The notes: generated by a model not told the origin, from the sequence alone. DNA of 32,000 bases from Shewanella sp. Choline-02u-19 (GCF_002836205.1 NZ_PJBE01000013.1:2244051-2276050); one strand, 5' to 3'; numbered from the stretch's first letter, positions 1-10,701 are shown. Numbers and translations: made by a program.

Positions 1-50
1 AGTGAAAGACCAACGGCCCTTAGTTACTCACCATAAGTTCAGGAGTTCAC

Positions 51-170
51 ATGAGAAAGAAAGCGATTAATAATATTGCAGCACGTCGCCGTACACAGCT
101 GAAAACGCGCCATTTAAAAACCTTAAATAGACAAAAACAGTTCTTCGTTTTTATTCGCCCTTCTGAGTGA
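51..170 (+). CDS. candidate small basic protein (39 aa), below the 60-aa cutoff of the ORF track
   Basis: ATG at 51-53 follows AGGAG (41-45) with a 5-nt spacer. Hand translation is MRKKAINNIAARRRTQLKTRHLKTLNRQKQFFVFIRPSE, with 12 of 39 residues Arg/Lys. TGA stop at 168-170. No family recognised. Confidence 0.35.
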   Translation: MRKKAINNIAARRRTQLKTRHLKTLNRQKQFFVFIRPSE

Positions 171-299
171 TACCCATCGCATTAGGTATCCGGCCATTGT
201 TGATGGGGAAGATGTACTTCTATGGTGTTGTGGATGAGAATAACGAGATGCTGCAATTCACGCCTTGTATAAACCCATTTTGCCACATGAATAAATAGA

Positions 300-830
300 T
301 CATTTATTTAATTTGGCCGGTATCGCTTGCAGAGCATCTAGTTTAGCTAGGGCTTTAGCGGTTTTTTTCTCTTTTCTACGTCGCCTAAAAAAGGCACTTA
401 ACTGCTCAGCACATTCGGTTTCGAGCACACCAGATGTCACCTCCACCTGATGATTAAACGCACTGTGACGTACGATATCAATCACCGTCCCCGCAGCACC
501 GGTTTTTTCATCATTGGCACCAAACACCAACCGACTAATCCTTGAATGCACAATGGCGCCAGCGCACATAGCGCAAGGTTCTAATGTTACATACAAGGTG
601 CTATCTATTAGGCGATAATTTTCTAATACTTTACCCGCTTGGCGAATACACTGCATTTCTGCATGGGCGCTGGGATCATGCAAGCCAATACTAAAGTTAA
701 AACCGGCACTTATCACTTCACCCTCTTTGACTAATACCGCACCAACGGGCACCTCACCTTTTTCTTCAGCCTTAGTGGCCATCTCCATCGCCATCTTCAT
801 AAAACGGCTATCTTGTTCCTGCTGTGACAA
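300..830 (-). CDS. tadA: tRNA-specific adenosine deaminase (CMP/dCMP-type zinc deaminase)
   Basis: Zinc-deaminase motifs HAEMQCI and PCAMCAGAI, and the EVPVGAVLV block typical of TadA. The ORF opens with TTG at 830; the first ATG (800) would remove the N-terminal helix, so TTG is preferred. Confidence 0.9.
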   Translation of the reverse strand: MSQQEQDSRFMKMAMEMATKAEEKGEVPVGAVLVKEGEVISAGFNFSIGLHDPSAHAEMQCIRQAGKVLENYRLIDSTLYVTLEPCAMCAGAIVHSRISRLVFGANDEKTGAAGTVIDIVRHSAFNHQVEVTSGVLETECAEQLSAFFRRRRKEKKTAKALAKLDALQAIPAKLNK

Positions 831-975
831 TCGGTGCCCCTATTACGTTATAAAACCGCTCAATGCTATGTGACATCATTCCAATGCGACTAAAACACTT
901 AGCTTGGTTACTTTCATCGTCATTATACCAAGCTTTAATTCGTTACAAGTAACAATTTCCCCCCTCAGCCCTCCA

Positions 976-2907
976 CTAAATGCTCTCTAGCCACTTCACC
1001 TCATCAACCCGTTCACCAAAGAATGTCGCCCCAGCCACAGTATGATGACCATAGTCATAAAAGTATTTCTGATAATCATCATTAATGGCGTAACAGAGCT
1101 GTTTACGCTTATTGCAAACATAATCCATTCTATCGAGCACCCTAACAGTGGGGTATTTATCCCCAAGCCTAATTAAGGTCATATTTGCCTGCAGGGTAAA
1201 CTGCTTAAATTCTCGGTCAGAAAACTGCTCAAAATGTTTCTGATTGATTTTAGTAATATCGAGGCTAGAAACATTGTTACCACCTCGCTCCTTTAGCAAT
1301 AAGTGAAATAGAAAGTCTGCATAGGTACGCTGACCAAACTCCTCAAATTCATAAATATTTTTGACTAAAATTAGTTTTTTATTATCCGCAATCGAACGGG
1401 TAACGATGGTTTCGAGCTCAATAAGATCGGCAGGTTTATACTGAGATGCGAACATCACAACATCGGCCAAGAGGTAATTGGGTGAACGATAAAAAGTCTC
1501 ATCGATGTTACCTATCTGAGTGCCGAAACGTGCTATTTGAAATTGGCGCTGGGTGATGACGCTACTCGTAAGCACATTAAAAATGTCTTTAGAGTGCGAG
1601 TTCCCCACTATCAATAAACGCTTTCGGTCATCTTTAGTGTCAAACCACTGAGTCCTGTCATAGCTGTTCTTATCAACACCATAATCCTTATTACCACTGA
1701 GAGTGCGCAGTTGGCTCCAGCTATTGGCGCCAAGCTGTCGATTATCCGGCTGATAAGATTTCACCATTAAGTTCGAGTCAGCATCATTGGATTTATAGAG
1801 CTGATTTGCATCTACCAATAGGCCTGTCATTGCAAATGCCACCGTCAACACACCACCACTGGTGAAAATAAATCGCCGACTATAGGTCTGCTTATTCCTC
1901 AAAGGGACCTCAACAAAGCGCCAACTCAGGTATGACAGAGCAACAATAGCAATACACAGAGACAGCATCAGCCAATGTGAGGGTTCTGTAAAGCTGCGAT
2001 ACTTAACCAATGCAAATATAGGCTGATGCCATAGATAAGCACTATAACTTATCAGCCCAATACCGACAAAAAACTGCCGACTTAAAAGCTGCTGCACCAA
2101 GGTGCCATTTTTGGCAAACAGAATAATCAACACCGTTCCAAGAGTGGGAATTAACGCGTACAAACTTGGAAAGGGAGTAGTGGAATCGAAAATGAAAATT
2201 GAAAATAGCACTAACAGCAAACCCAATATGCTCAGCAGGTTATTCAGCTTTTCTGGCAATAACTTATATTTCTCTTGCTGGAGGCTAAACGCCGCAAAAA
2301 CACCGATGAGTAGTTCCCAACCTCGCGTAGGCAACAAGTAAAAGTTTGCTGACGGCGCATTATATGCTGCCCATTGTGCTAAAGATAAACTAGCCAAGAA
2401 AATCAGCACCAATGCGCCAAGAATGACACGTTTGCTTTTACCCCATAACATCATTAAGAACAAAGGAAAGAAAATATAATATTGCTCTTCAACCGCTAAA
2501 CTCCAAGTATGCAACAAGGGTTTTAGCTCGGCGGCGGTATCAAAATAATCACTCTCTAGCCAAAAGAGGATATTAGACGAAAAAGTAGATACTGCGACAA
2601 TGCTTTGAAAGAAGTCTTTAAGGTCCAGCGGCATTAACCATAGCCAGGCGAAAGGAATACAGCAAAACATGACAAAAAACAGCACCGGTAAAATCCTTCT
2701 GGCCCTGCGTTCATAGAAGTTAATAATGCTAAATTTGTCCTGCTCGAGTTCAGCCAAAATAATACTGGTGATCAGGTAGCCGCTAATGACAAAAAATACA
2801 TCGACCCCCACAAAACCACCGCTAAACTGAGTAAAGCCAGCATGAAATAAGATAACGGGAATAACGGCAACCGCCCTTAAACCATCGATTTCAGCTCTAT
2901 AACGCAT
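976..2907 (-). CDS. acyltransferase family 3 (OafA/YrhL-like) membrane O-acyltransferase with C-terminal SGNH-like domain
   Basis: N-terminus MRYRAEIDGLRAVAVIPVILFHAG is the AT3 signature. About 10 hydrophobic segments span the first ~370 aa. The soluble C-terminal half carries LLIVGNSHSKD, which resembles SGNH block I. Total 643 aa. Confidence 0.85.
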   Translation of the reverse strand: MRYRAEIDGLRAVAVIPVILFHAGFTQFSGGFVGVDVFFVISGYLITSIILAELEQDKFSIINFYERRARRILPVLFFVMFCCIPFAWLWLMPLDLKDFFQSIVAVSTFSSNILFWLESDYFDTAAELKPLLHTWSLAVEEQYYIFFPLFLMMLWGKSKRVILGALVLIFLASLSLAQWAAYNAPSANFYLLPTRGWELLIGVFAAFSLQQEKYKLLPEKLNNLLSILGLLLVLFSIFIFDSTTPFPSLYALIPTLGTVLIILFAKNGTLVQQLLSRQFFVGIGLISYSAYLWHQPIFALVKYRSFTEPSHWLMLSLCIAIVALSYLSWRFVEVPLRNKQTYSRRFIFTSGGVLTVAFAMTGLLVDANQLYKSNDADSNLMVKSYQPDNRQLGANSWSQLRTLSGNKDYGVDKNSYDRTQWFDTKDDRKRLLIVGNSHSKDIFNVLTSSVITQRQFQIARFGTQIGNIDETFYRSPNYLLADVVMFASQYKPADLIELETIVTRSIADNKKLILVKNIYEFEEFGQRTYADFLFHLLLKERGGNNVSSLDITKINQKHFEQFSDREFKQFTLQANMTLIRLGDKYPTVRVLDRMDYVCNKRKQLCYAINDDYQKYFYDYGHHTVAGATFFGERVDEVKWLESI

Positions 2908-2989
2908 AGGCTAGCTCCTGCTAATCAATCCCAATCCGTTAAATTAGTATAAGAAACATCGGTTTGTTTCGCTTACAAATCGCGCTAAT

Positions 2990-3026
2990 AAAAAAACGCG
3001 CACATATTACTATGTGCGCGTTTTTA
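2990..3026 (-). terminator. Rho-independent terminator downstream of guaA (bidirectional architecture)
   Basis: ACGCGCACATA (2996-3006), loop TTAC, TATGTGCGCGT (3011-3021). A perfect 11-bp stem flanked by an A-run on one side and a T-run on the other. Confidence 0.8.
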
Positions 3027-3060
3027 TTTTGACTAACAGTTAGGCGTTATCCGTTACGGA

Positions 3061-4638
3061 TTATTCCCACTCAATCGTTGCAGGTGGCTTACCTGAAATG
3101 TCGTAGACAACACGCGAAATGCCGTCAACTTCGTTGATGATTCGATTAGATACGCGACCTAAGAAATCATACGGTAAATGCGCCCAATGAGCTGTCATAA
3201 AGTCGATAGTTTCTACCGCACGTAAAGACACAACCCAATCGTACTTACGACCATCGCCCATCACGCCAACAGAACGTACCGGCAGGAACACAGTGAACGC
3301 TTGGCTCACTTTGTTGTAAAGGTCAGCACTGTGCAGTTCTTCAATGAAAATCGCATCCGCTAGACGCAATAAATCACAGTACTCTTTCTTTACTTCACCC
3401 AACACGCGCACACCAAGACCCGGTCCTGGGAATGGGTGACGATAAAGCATGTCATACGGCAGACCGAGTTCTAAACCAATCTTGCGCACTTCATCTTTAA
3501 ATAACTCACGCAGTGGCTCAACAAGGCCCATTTCCATATCGTCTGGCAAACCGCCAACGTTATGGTGTGATTTAATCACGTGCGCTTTACCTGTGGCACT
3601 ACCAGCAGATTCAATGACATCAGGGTAAATAGTGCCTTGAGCAAGCCATTTTGCATTAGCGCATTTCTTTGATTCTTCATCGAAGATCTCAACGAAAACA
3701 CGACCAATGATTTTACGTTTTGCTTCAGGATCCGCTTCGCCAGCCATTTGTTCTAAGAAACGGTGTTCAGCATTCACATGAACAATGTTAAGTCCAAAGT
3801 GATCGCCAAACATATCCATCACTTGCTCAGCCTCGTTTAAACGTAAAAGACCGTTATCAACGAACACACAAGTCAACTTATCGCCAATCGCACGATGAAG
3901 TAGCATAGCCACAACCGATGAATCAACACCACCCGATAAACCTAAGATAACTTCATCGTTACCGATCTGTTTTTTAAGTTTCTCAATGGCATCTTCAATA
4001 ATTGAAGACGGTTTCCAGTTAGCATCACAGCCACAGATCTCAAGGGCGAAATGCTCAAGCATGCGCTTACCTTGACGAGTGTGAGTCACTTCTGGGTGGA
4101 ACTGCACGCCGTAGAACTTTTTGTCTTCATTCGCCATCGCGGCAAACGGACATGTCTCGGTTTTTGCTACAGTAACAAAACCTTCAGGAATTTCAGATAC
4201 CTTGTCGCCGTGACTCATCCATACGTCAAGCAGAGGCTTACCAATGTCACTGACCGCATCTTCGATGCTTTTGAACAATGCTGATTCGGTTTGAATTTCT
4301 ATTTGCGCATAACCAAACTCACCTTCACCCACACCTTGAATCACTTTACCGCCAAGCTGCTCAGACATGGTTTGCATGCCGTAACAAATCCCCAGTACTG
4401 GAACGCCTGCGTTAAATACATATTCTGGTGCACGAGGAGAGCTGTCTGCAGTCACACTTTCTGGACCACCGGCTAAGATAATGCCGTTGGGTGCATATTC
4501 ACGAATTTGTTCTTCGGAAACATCCCAAGCCCAAAGTTCACAATAAACACCGATTTCACGAATACGGCGGGCAATCAATTGGGTGTATTGAGATCCAAAA
4601 TCGAGGATGAGGATCTTATGCTCATGAATATTGTTCAT
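3061..4638 (-). CDS. guaA: GMP synthase (glutamine-hydrolysing)
   Basis: 525 aa. The GATase-1 N-terminus reads [27 protein letters not shown] with GICYGMQ. The ATP-PPase motif is SGGVDSSV. The C-terminus ends in ATIEWE. Confidence 0.97.
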   Translation of the reverse strand: MNNIHEHKILILDFGSQYTQLIARRIREIGVYCELWAWDVSEEQIREYAPNGIILAGGPESVTADSSPRAPEYVFNAGVPVLGICYGMQTMSEQLGGKVIQGVGEGEFGYAQIEIQTESALFKSIEDAVSDIGKPLLDVWMSHGDKVSEIPEGFVTVAKTETCPFAAMANEDKKFYGVQFHPEVTHTRQGKRMLEHFALEICGCDANWKPSSIIEDAIEKLKKQIGNDEVILGLSGGVDSSVVAMLLHRAIGDKLTCVFVDNGLLRLNEAEQVMDMFGDHFGLNIVHVNAEHRFLEQMAGEADPEAKRKIIGRVFVEIFDEESKKCANAKWLAQGTIYPDVIESAGSATGKAHVIKSHHNVGGLPDDMEMGLVEPLRELFKDEVRKIGLELGLPYDMLYRHPFPGPGLGVRVLGEVKKEYCDLLRLADAIFIEELHSADLYNKVSQAFTVFLPVRSVGVMGDGRKYDWVVSLRAVETIDFMTAHWAHLPYDFLGRVSNRIINEVDGISRVVYDISGKPPATIEWE

Positions 4639-4726
4639 GGGGTACCTTATCTTTATATTTAACTAAATTCTTAATCTTACGTAGAGGTCTTGCGTCGCGA
4701 TGAGGCTAGCCAATGTCCACATAAAT

Positions 4727-4753
4727 AAAAGGCGACAGTCACAGTCGCCTTTT
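4727..4753 (-). terminator. hairpin between guaB and guaA (possible partial terminator or attenuator)
   Basis: AAAAGGCGAC (4727-4736), 7-nt loop, GTCGCCTTTT (4744-4753). It starts 7 nt downstream of the guaB stop and has a U-rich tail on the minus strand. Confidence 0.5.
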
Positions 4754-4759
4754 CAAACC

Positions 4760-6232
4760 TTACGAGCCGAAACTGTAGTTCGGCGCTTCTTTGCTGATAG
4801 TCACATCATGCACATGAGACTCGCCCATACCTGCTGAGGTAATTTTCACAAATTCTGCTTTTTCATTAAGATCTTTAATGGTCGCACAGCCCGTTAGGCC
4901 CATGCATGAACGCAAACCGCCCATGTGCTGGTGAATGATCTCTTTAAGCTTACCTTTGTAAGCAACGCGACCTTCAATACCTTCTGGCACCAATTTGTCT
5001 GCAGCGTTATCGCTTTGGAAATAACGGTCAGACGAACCTTGTGTTTGCGTCATTGCGCCAAGAGAGCCCATACCGCGGTATGACTTATAAGCGCGGCCGT
5101 TATATAGCTCAGTCTCGCCTGGTGCTTCATCAGTACCTGCAAACATAGAACCCGCCATGATGCATGATGCACCGGCAGCGAGTGCTTTAGCCAAATCACC
5201 AGAGAAGCGAATACCGCCATCGGCAATAACGGGGATATTAAGGTGCTTAACCGCGGCAGCAGCGTCAGAAACAGCAGTAATCTGCGGCACACCAACACCG
5301 GTGACGATACGAGTAGTACAGATAGAACCAGGGCCAATACCGACTTTAACCGCGTTAACGCCCGCTTCAACCAGTGCTAATGCACCTTCAGCTGTGGCAA
5401 CGTTACCGCCAACAATTTGTAAGTCAGGGTATTTGGCACGGGTATCACGAATACGCTGCAGAACGCCTTCAGAGTGACCATGAGATGAATCGATAAGCAG
5501 TATATCAACACCGGCGATAACAAGTGCGTCAACACGCTCTTCATTACCTGGGCCAGCGCCAACGGCAGCGCCAACACGTAATCGACCTAATTCGTCTTTA
5601 CAGGCGTTAGGCTTACGCTCAGCTTTTTGGAAATCTTTAACCGTGATAAGACCTTTAAGCTTAAAGTTACTGTCAACAACAAGTACTTTCTCAACACGGT
5701 GAGAATGCATCAGCGTTTGAACTTCATCAAGCTTGGTGCCTTCAGGCACGGTCACAAGGCGATCTTTAGGGGTCATCACCTGATCAACAGTACGGCTCCA
5801 ATCAGTAACAAAGCGAACATCACGGCCAGTAATAATACCGACAAGTTCGTGTGCGTCATTAACGACTGGGTAACCCGCAAAACCGTTTTTAATCGTGAGA
5901 ACTTTAAGATCGGCAAGGGTGGTGGTTGGCGTTACAGTGACTGGCTGTTGAACAATGCCCGCTTCGTAAATTTTTACTTTGCGCACTTCTTCAGCTTGTT
6001 GCTCAATCGTCATATTTTTATGAATAAATCCTAAACCACCTTCCTGAGCAATCGCAATTGCTAAGCGTGCTTCTGTGACGGTATCCATCGCAGCTGACAC
6101 TATAGGCGTGTTTAGTTCTATCGTATTGGTTAGACGTGTTTTGACAACGGCAGTATTTGGGAGGACGGTGGAGTGCGCAGGAACTAGCAACACATCATCA
6201 AACGTTAGCGCTTCTTTCTTCAATCTTAACAT
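4760..6232 (-). CDS. guaB: IMP dehydrogenase
   Basis: Start trimmed to the ATG at 6232 ([21 protein letters not shown]), which follows GGAGA with a 6-nt spacer. A CBS pair is inserted, and the catalytic loop is [11 protein letters not shown]. 490 aa. Confidence 0.95.
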   Translation of the reverse strand: MLRLKKEALTFDDVLLVPAHSTVLPNTAVVKTRLTNTIELNTPIVSAAMDTVTEARLAIAIAQEGGLGFIHKNMTIEQQAEEVRKVKIYEAGIVQQPVTVTPTTTLADLKVLTIKNGFAGYPVVNDAHELVGIITGRDVRFVTDWSRTVDQVMTPKDRLVTVPEGTKLDEVQTLMHSHRVEKVLVVDSNFKLKGLITVKDFQKAERKPNACKDELGRLRVGAAVGAGPGNEERVDALVIAGVDILLIDSSHGHSEGVLQRIRDTRAKYPDLQIVGGNVATAEGALALVEAGVNAVKVGIGPGSICTTRIVTGVGVPQITAVSDAAAAVKHLNIPVIADGGIRFSGDLAKALAAGASCIMAGSMFAGTDEAPGETELYNGRAYKSYRGMGSLGAMTQTQGSSDRYFQSDNAADKLVPEGIEGRVAYKGKLKEIIHQHMGGLRSCMGLTGCATIKDLNEKAEFVKITSAGMGESHVHDVTISKEAPNYSFGS

Positions 6233-6282
6233 GCAACATCTCCCCAAGAGAGTAGGATTTAGAGGTGAAATATTGCGGCGAG

Positions 6283-6311
6283 ATTATACCTTGCATATCT
6301 GGGTTGGTAAA
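6283..6311 (-). promoter_or_regulatory. candidate sigma70 promoter for guaB
   Basis: On the minus strand: -35 TTTACC (6311..6306), 17-nt spacer, -10 TATAAT (6288..6283), about 50 nt upstream of the guaB ATG. Sequence match only. Confidence 0.45.
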
Positions 6312-6351
6312 TGGAAAATAGGCATTAATTAGCATTTAGTGTGAAATAATC

Positions 6352-7689
6352 ATGAAAACCGCAAAAAACAACGTTTACACGGTCTCTCGGCTCAATGGTG
6401 AAGTAAGACAGCTCCTTGAGGGACAGTTGGGCCGAATTTGGCTAAATGCTGAGATTTCAAATTTTGCCGCCCCCGGTTCTGGCCACTGGTATTTGACCTT
6501 AAAAGACAATGCTTCGCAGATACGCTGCGCCATGTTTAAAGGCCGCAATCAAGCAGTGACTTTTCGTCCGGTCAATGGTCAGCAAGTATTAGTTAAGGGC
6601 AATATTAGCGTTTATGAGCCAAGAGGCGATTATCAGCTACTCATAGAATCTATGCTCCCCGCAGGTGACGGTTTATTAGCTCAGCAGTATGAAGCGTTAA
6701 AGATGAAGCTCGCGGCCGAAGGCATGTTTGCTGCAGACACTAAACGTCCATTACCCAAAAACATTCAACGAATAGGCGTGGTCACCTCCCCTACTGGCGC
6801 GGCTATTCGCGATATCTTGCATGTATTAGCAAGGCGTGATTCCTCAGTGGAAGTCATCATCTACCCAACCCCAGTGCAAGGCGTTGCTGCCGCGAAAAGT
6901 ATCTGCAGCGCCATCAACCTCGCCAACACCCGCGCTGAAGTTGATGTACTGCTCGTCACCCGTGGAGGGGGCTCATTAGAGGATTTGTGGTGCTTTAACG
7001 ACGAAGGGTTAGCACACACTATCTACAACAGTGGCATTCCAGTAGTGTCCGCCGTCGGTCATGAAGTCGATACGACCATCAGTGATTATGTCGCCGATCT
7101 TCGTGCCCCTACCCCATCCGCCGGTGCCGAGCTATTATCAAACGATGCCGACAACAAAGCGCAAAAGCTCACCGCAGTATTGTCACGCTTAAAGCAAAGT
7201 TGGCAGCATTATCAGTTAAAGCAGCAAAGTCGACTGCAAACCGCAGAGCACCACCTGCAAAAGCAAGATCCGCAGCGCCGCTTGCAAACCTATGAACAAA
7301 CCTTTGATGAGATGCAATTAAGACTGCAAAAAGCGATGCAATCAAAACTGCATGGTTTGACGTTAAAGCAGCAACAACTCAGTAGCCGACTCGACAATCA
7401 ATCGCCGCAACATCGATTAGATTTAGAGAGCCAACGTTTAAGCTATTTGGGCGACAAACTCACCGCGCTAATGACAGATAAGTTAAACATGAGCGAGCAA
7501 CGTATCGCCCATCGCGCTCAGCAGTTAGACACAGTGAGTCCACTGGCGACATTAAGCCGAGGGTATAGTATTACCCTAAATGGCGAAGGTAAGGTGCTAC
7601 AGGCGGCTGACGACACTATTGTAGGTGATACGCTGACCACACGTTTGCGAGATGGAAGTGTGAGCTCGACGGTTATTGAGGTGGGGTAA
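6352..7689 (+). CDS. xseA: exodeoxyribonuclease VII large subunit
   Basis: 445 aa. The N-terminal OB region reads [16 protein letters not shown]...WLNAEISNF. The catalytic core includes [17 protein letters not shown]-rich coiled-coil follows, then a C-terminal OB-like tail. Confidence 0.95.
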   Translation: MKTAKNNVYTVSRLNGEVRQLLEGQLGRIWLNAEISNFAAPGSGHWYLTLKDNASQIRCAMFKGRNQAVTFRPVNGQQVLVKGNISVYEPRGDYQLLIESMLPAGDGLLAQQYEALKMKLAAEGMFAADTKRPLPKNIQRIGVVTSPTGAAIRDILHVLARRDSSVEVIIYPTPVQGVAAAKSICSAINLANTRAEVDVLLVTRGGGSLEDLWCFNDEGLAHTIYNSGIPVVSAVGHEVDTTISDYVADLRAPTPSAGAELLSNDADNKAQKLTAVLSRLKQSWQHYQLKQQSRLQTAEHHLQKQDPQRRLQTYEQTFDEMQLRLQKAMQSKLHGLTLKQQQLSSRLDNQSPQHRLDLESQRLSYLGDKLTALMTDKLNMSEQRIAHRAQQLDTVSPLATLSRGYSITLNGEGKVLQAADDTIVGDTLTTRLRDGSVSSTVIEVG

Positions 7690-7726
7690 CCTGTTGCAGA
7701 TTCTATCTTCACTTGAGAAGGCATGT

Positions 7727-7778
7727 TCAAAATTCGTTTGAAAATTAACGTACAGCTAATCAAACTTCGTTTGAAAAT
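7727..7778. repeat. 19-bp direct repeat (1 mismatch), period 33 bp
   Basis: TCAAAATTCGTTTGAAAAT (7727-7745) and TCAAACTTCGTTTGAAAAT (7760-7778). They lie in the xseA 3' region, upstream of the terminator at 7877. Confidence 0.8.
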
Positions 7779-7876
7779 CAAAGTCGTGGTGCTTCGCCCA
7801 CTCCTGAGTTTTACAGCCATAAGCAATCAAACTCTTTTGTAAAAACAGAAGCTAACCTTTAAACCCCAAGCAACAA

Positions 7877-7900
7877 AAAAGGAACCCTAGGGTTCCTTTT
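7877..7900. terminator. bidirectional Rho-independent terminator between convergent xseA and der
   Basis: AAAAGGAACCCTAGGGTTCCTTTT is a perfect 24-nt palindrome with a GC-rich core and A4/T4 flanks. Confidence 0.8.
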
Positions 7901-7941
7901 AGTATCAACTTGCTATCAAGCAAAGAGCAAAAAGCAAAGAA

Positions 7942-9417
7942 TTAATCTTCTTTCTTCTTGTCACGGATATGAGACGTCATACGTTTACGACGACGCTCTT
8001 GACCTACTGTCAGCTTCTTAGTGTGCATGCCCTCAAACGGGTTTTCACCATCTTGGAAACGGATCTGGATCGGTGTACCCATCACTTTAAGTGAACGACG
8101 GTAGTAGTTCATCATATAGCGCTTGTATGAATCAGGTAGCTTCTTAACCTGGTTACCGTGAACAACTACAATAGGAGGGTTGTAACCACCAGCGTGAGCG
8201 TATTTAAGCTTCACACGGCGACCTCTAACCAATGGAGGCTGGTGATCGTCTTGTGCCATTTGCATAATACGCGTCAACATTGCCGTGCTTACGCGGTTAG
8301 TTGCACTGTCGTATGCTTCTTCAACTGACTCATATAAATGGCCAACACCGGTACCGTGCAATGCAGAGATAAAGTGAATACGGGCAAAGTCGATGAAGCC
8401 TAAACGGCGGTCGAGTTCGCTCTTAACACGTTCTTTTATCTCTTGATCGACTCCGTCCCACTTGTTGACGGCAATAACGAGTGCTCGACCAGCGTTAAGT
8501 GTAAAACCAAGTAGACCTAAGTCTTGCTCAGCAATACCTTCGCGGGCATCAATAATAAGCAGTACCACGTTACAGTCTTCAATGGCTTTCAAGGTTTTAA
8601 TAACCGAGAACTTCTCAACCGTTTCATGTACTTTACTGCGGCGACGAACACCTGCAGTATCAATTAACACATACTCACGACCTTCACGTTCCATTGGAAT
8701 GTAAATACTGTCGCGGGTGGTGCCTGGCTCGTCATACACAACAACGCGTTCTTCACCTAAAATACGGTTGATTAGCGTTGATTTACCTACGTTAGGCTTA
8801 CCAATAATAGCAAGTTTGATCGGTAAGTCTTGTAGACGTTTCTGCTCAACTTCGGCTTCTTCTTCCGTGTATTCACGCTCTTCTTCGTCCTCTTCGCCTT
8901 CACCCTGCTTGGTGATCCCCATCGCTTCCGCGTAAGGTGCTAAAGAGTACTCAATCATGTTCGTTACACCACGACCTTGCGCCGCGGCCATTTGGTAAAC
9001 TTCACCAAGACCCAACGACCAAAATTCAGCACACGCTGAATCGGCATCGACGCCGTCAACTTTGTTGGCGACTACGAATGTGGTTTTTTCACGGCTACGT
9101 AGGTGCTGCGCGATCGCTAAATCGGCTGCGGTTAAACCTGCGCGAGCATCAGTCATAAACAGGACTACGTCAGCTTCTTCAATAGCCGCTAACGACTGTT
9201 CAGCCATACGGGTTTCAATCCCCTCTTCAGTGCCATCGATACCACCAGTATCAACCACAATGAACTCATAGCCAGACAAGTGCGCTCGGCCGTACTTACG
9301 ATCCCGAGTTAGCCCAGGAAAATCTGCCACTAAGGCATCTCTGGTACGGGTAAGTCTGTTAAAAAGGGTCGACTTACCAACATTCGGTCGCCCAACAAGG
9401 GCCACAACAGGAATCAT
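7942..9417 (-). CDS. der: ribosome-biogenesis GTPase Der (EngA), tandem GTP-binding domains
   Basis: There are two G domains with P-loops GRPNVGKST and GKPNVGKST. An acidic linker ([18 protein letters not shown]) joins them. A KH-like domain and a basic C-terminal tail follow. Confidence 0.95.
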   Translation of the reverse strand: MIPVVALVGRPNVGKSTLFNRLTRTRDALVADFPGLTRDRKYGRAHLSGYEFIVVDTGGIDGTEEGIETRMAEQSLAAIEEADVVLFMTDARAGLTAADLAIAQHLRSREKTTFVVANKVDGVDADSACAEFWSLGLGEVYQMAAAQGRGVTNMIEYSLAPYAEAMGITKQGEGEEDEEEREYTEEEAEVEQKRLQDLPIKLAIIGKPNVGKSTLINRILGEERVVVYDEPGTTRDSIYIPMEREGREYVLIDTAGVRRRSKVHETVEKFSVIKTLKAIEDCNVVLLIIDAREGIAEQDLGLLGFTLNAGRALVIAVNKWDGVDQEIKERVKSELDRRLGFIDFARIHFISALHGTGVGHLYESVEEAYDSATNRVSTAMLTRIMQMAQDDHQPPLVRGRRVKLKYAHAGGYNPPIVVVHGNQVKKLPDSYKRYMMNYYRRSLKVMGTPIQIRFQDGENPFEGMHTKKLTVGQERRRKRMTSHIRDKKKED

Positions 9418-9449
9418 TTAATTGCCTCTATTACTCATTTCTATTAACT

Positions 9450-9480
9450 AAAAAGCCCCCGGAATACACATCCAGGGGCC
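9450..9480 (-). terminator. Rho-independent terminator downstream of bamB
   Basis: GCCCCCGG (9455-9462) pairs with CCAGGGGC (9472-9479). The single mismatch is C/A on the plus strand but a G-U wobble in minus-strand RNA, where the stem is followed by U5. Confidence 0.7.
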
Positions 9481-9502
9481 TTATCATGTCTAACAATTCG
9501 GC

Positions 9503-10690
9503 TTACGGAAGTGTAACTCGAACTATTTGTCCGTCACGAGTCTGCACATACAAGTTGTCTTTAACAACAAGTGGCTGACTGTATAAACCGGAACTATCTA
9601 CTTGAACACGCCCGACTATTTTACCATCAGACTTGTTTAAAAAATGTAGGTAACCTTCAAAATCACCCACAACGACGTAGTCTTTAAACGACACTGCCGC
9701 GGTTAAATTACGGTTTGCTAGCTCAACATTATTCCATAACTCTAGACCATTTCGTCTATCAACAGAGTAAATACGGCTATGGTCATCAACAACAAACAAG
9801 CTTGCACCTGAATAAGCTAACTCATGAAAGCTTGAATACTTACGCGTCCAAACAACACGACCCGTGCGCATCTCCATTGAGACAAGGTTACCGTTGTAAC
9901 TCACTGCGTAGAGGTTTTCACCCACTAGCAAGGGTTTCATATCAACGTCAGCCATACGAGAAAACTCATTACCGCCAGCTGGCGTATAAATCGCTTGTGC
10001 CCATGCAGCCTGACCGTTGGTTTTAATCACTACTGCGATTTTACCATCAGCAGTACCTACAAAGAAACCACCCGCATCATAAGCTGCTGAGCCTGTGCCG
10101 CGTAAAGTTAATGTTGGCAGTTGGTTTTCATAAACCCAACGTTTTTCGCCATCATCAACATTGAAAGCTTCTAACGTACCTGAACCGGTATTAACCACAA
10201 CTAAGTCGTCGCCAACCGTTGGGGCTGATAACACTTCACCGCCTGCAATAACGTGCCATACAGGTTCACCTGTTTCAGCATCAAATGCTGCAACAAGGCC
10301 ACTTTCGCCACCGACAAAGACTTTGTTTCGTGCCGCGGTAACACCACCGGCTAAACGTGCGCCTTTGTTTTTAGCGAGAATGTTATCTCTAAAGATTGAG
10401 CTAAAATCGTTATCCCACACTTTTTTGCCTGTGGCTTCATCAAAAGCAACGACTTTACCGTAGCGGTCAGCAACAAAAATTTTATCATAACGCGCCGCTG
10501 GACGTAGGCGTGAATAATAATCACCCACACCAGCACCGACATTAGCGCTCCAGGTGACTTCTGGAAAAACGCTTGCTTCAATTTCTGTAAGCGGAGAAAC
10601 GGGCTCTTCCTCAACATCGTTCGATGCACACGCAGACAGCATTCCTATGCTCAATCCACATGCGAATAGTGTTTTGCACCAAGACTTCAT
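9503..10690 (-). CDS. bamB: outer-membrane protein assembly factor BamB (PQQ-like beta-propeller lipoprotein)
   Basis: Lipobox LSAC in the signal peptide. Repeated beta-propeller blades. It sits in the conserved position between yfgM and der. Confidence 0.9.
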   Translation of the reverse strand: MKSWCKTLFACGLSIGMLSACASNDVEEEPVSPLTEIEASVFPEVTWSANVGAGVGDYYSRLRPAARYDKIFVADRYGKVVAFDEATGKKVWDNDFSSIFRDNILAKNKGARLAGGVTAARNKVFVGGESGLVAAFDAETGEPVWHVIAGGEVLSAPTVGDDLVVVNTGSGTLEAFNVDDGEKRWVYENQLPTLTLRGTGSAAYDAGGFFVGTADGKIAVVIKTNGQAAWAQAIYTPAGGNEFSRMADVDMKPLLVGENLYAVSYNGNLVSMEMRTGRVVWTRKYSSFHELAYSGASLFVVDDHSRIYSVDRRNGLELWNNVELANRNLTAAVSFKDYVVVGDFEGYLHFLNKSDGKIVGRVQVDSSGLYSQPLVVKDNLYVQTRDGQIVRVTLP

Positions 10691-10701
10691 GGGCAGATTC
10701 C

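Noticed and set aside
203-298. 31-aa ORF (MGKMYFYGVVDENNEMLQFTPCINPFCHMNK) just downstream of tadA on the opposite strand.
   Set aside because: No SD upstream and no recognisable family. It is reported here only for completeness.
4051-6332. Numerous 60-135-aa ORFs overlapping guaA and guaB on either strand (for example 4051-4284, 4291-4476, 5050-5370, 5157-5477, 5377-5577, 5627-6034, 6075-6332).
   Set aside because: All lie fully inside or antisense to strongly supported guaA/guaB coding frames. They have low-complexity or odd compositions and no RBS. These are typical shadow ORFs.
7518-7826. 102-aa minus-strand ORF spanning the xseA 3' end and the direct repeat.
   Set aside because: Half of it is antisense to the xseA coding sequence and it has no RBS. 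Its internal TLIFKR duplication is simply the translated 19-bp DNA repeat.
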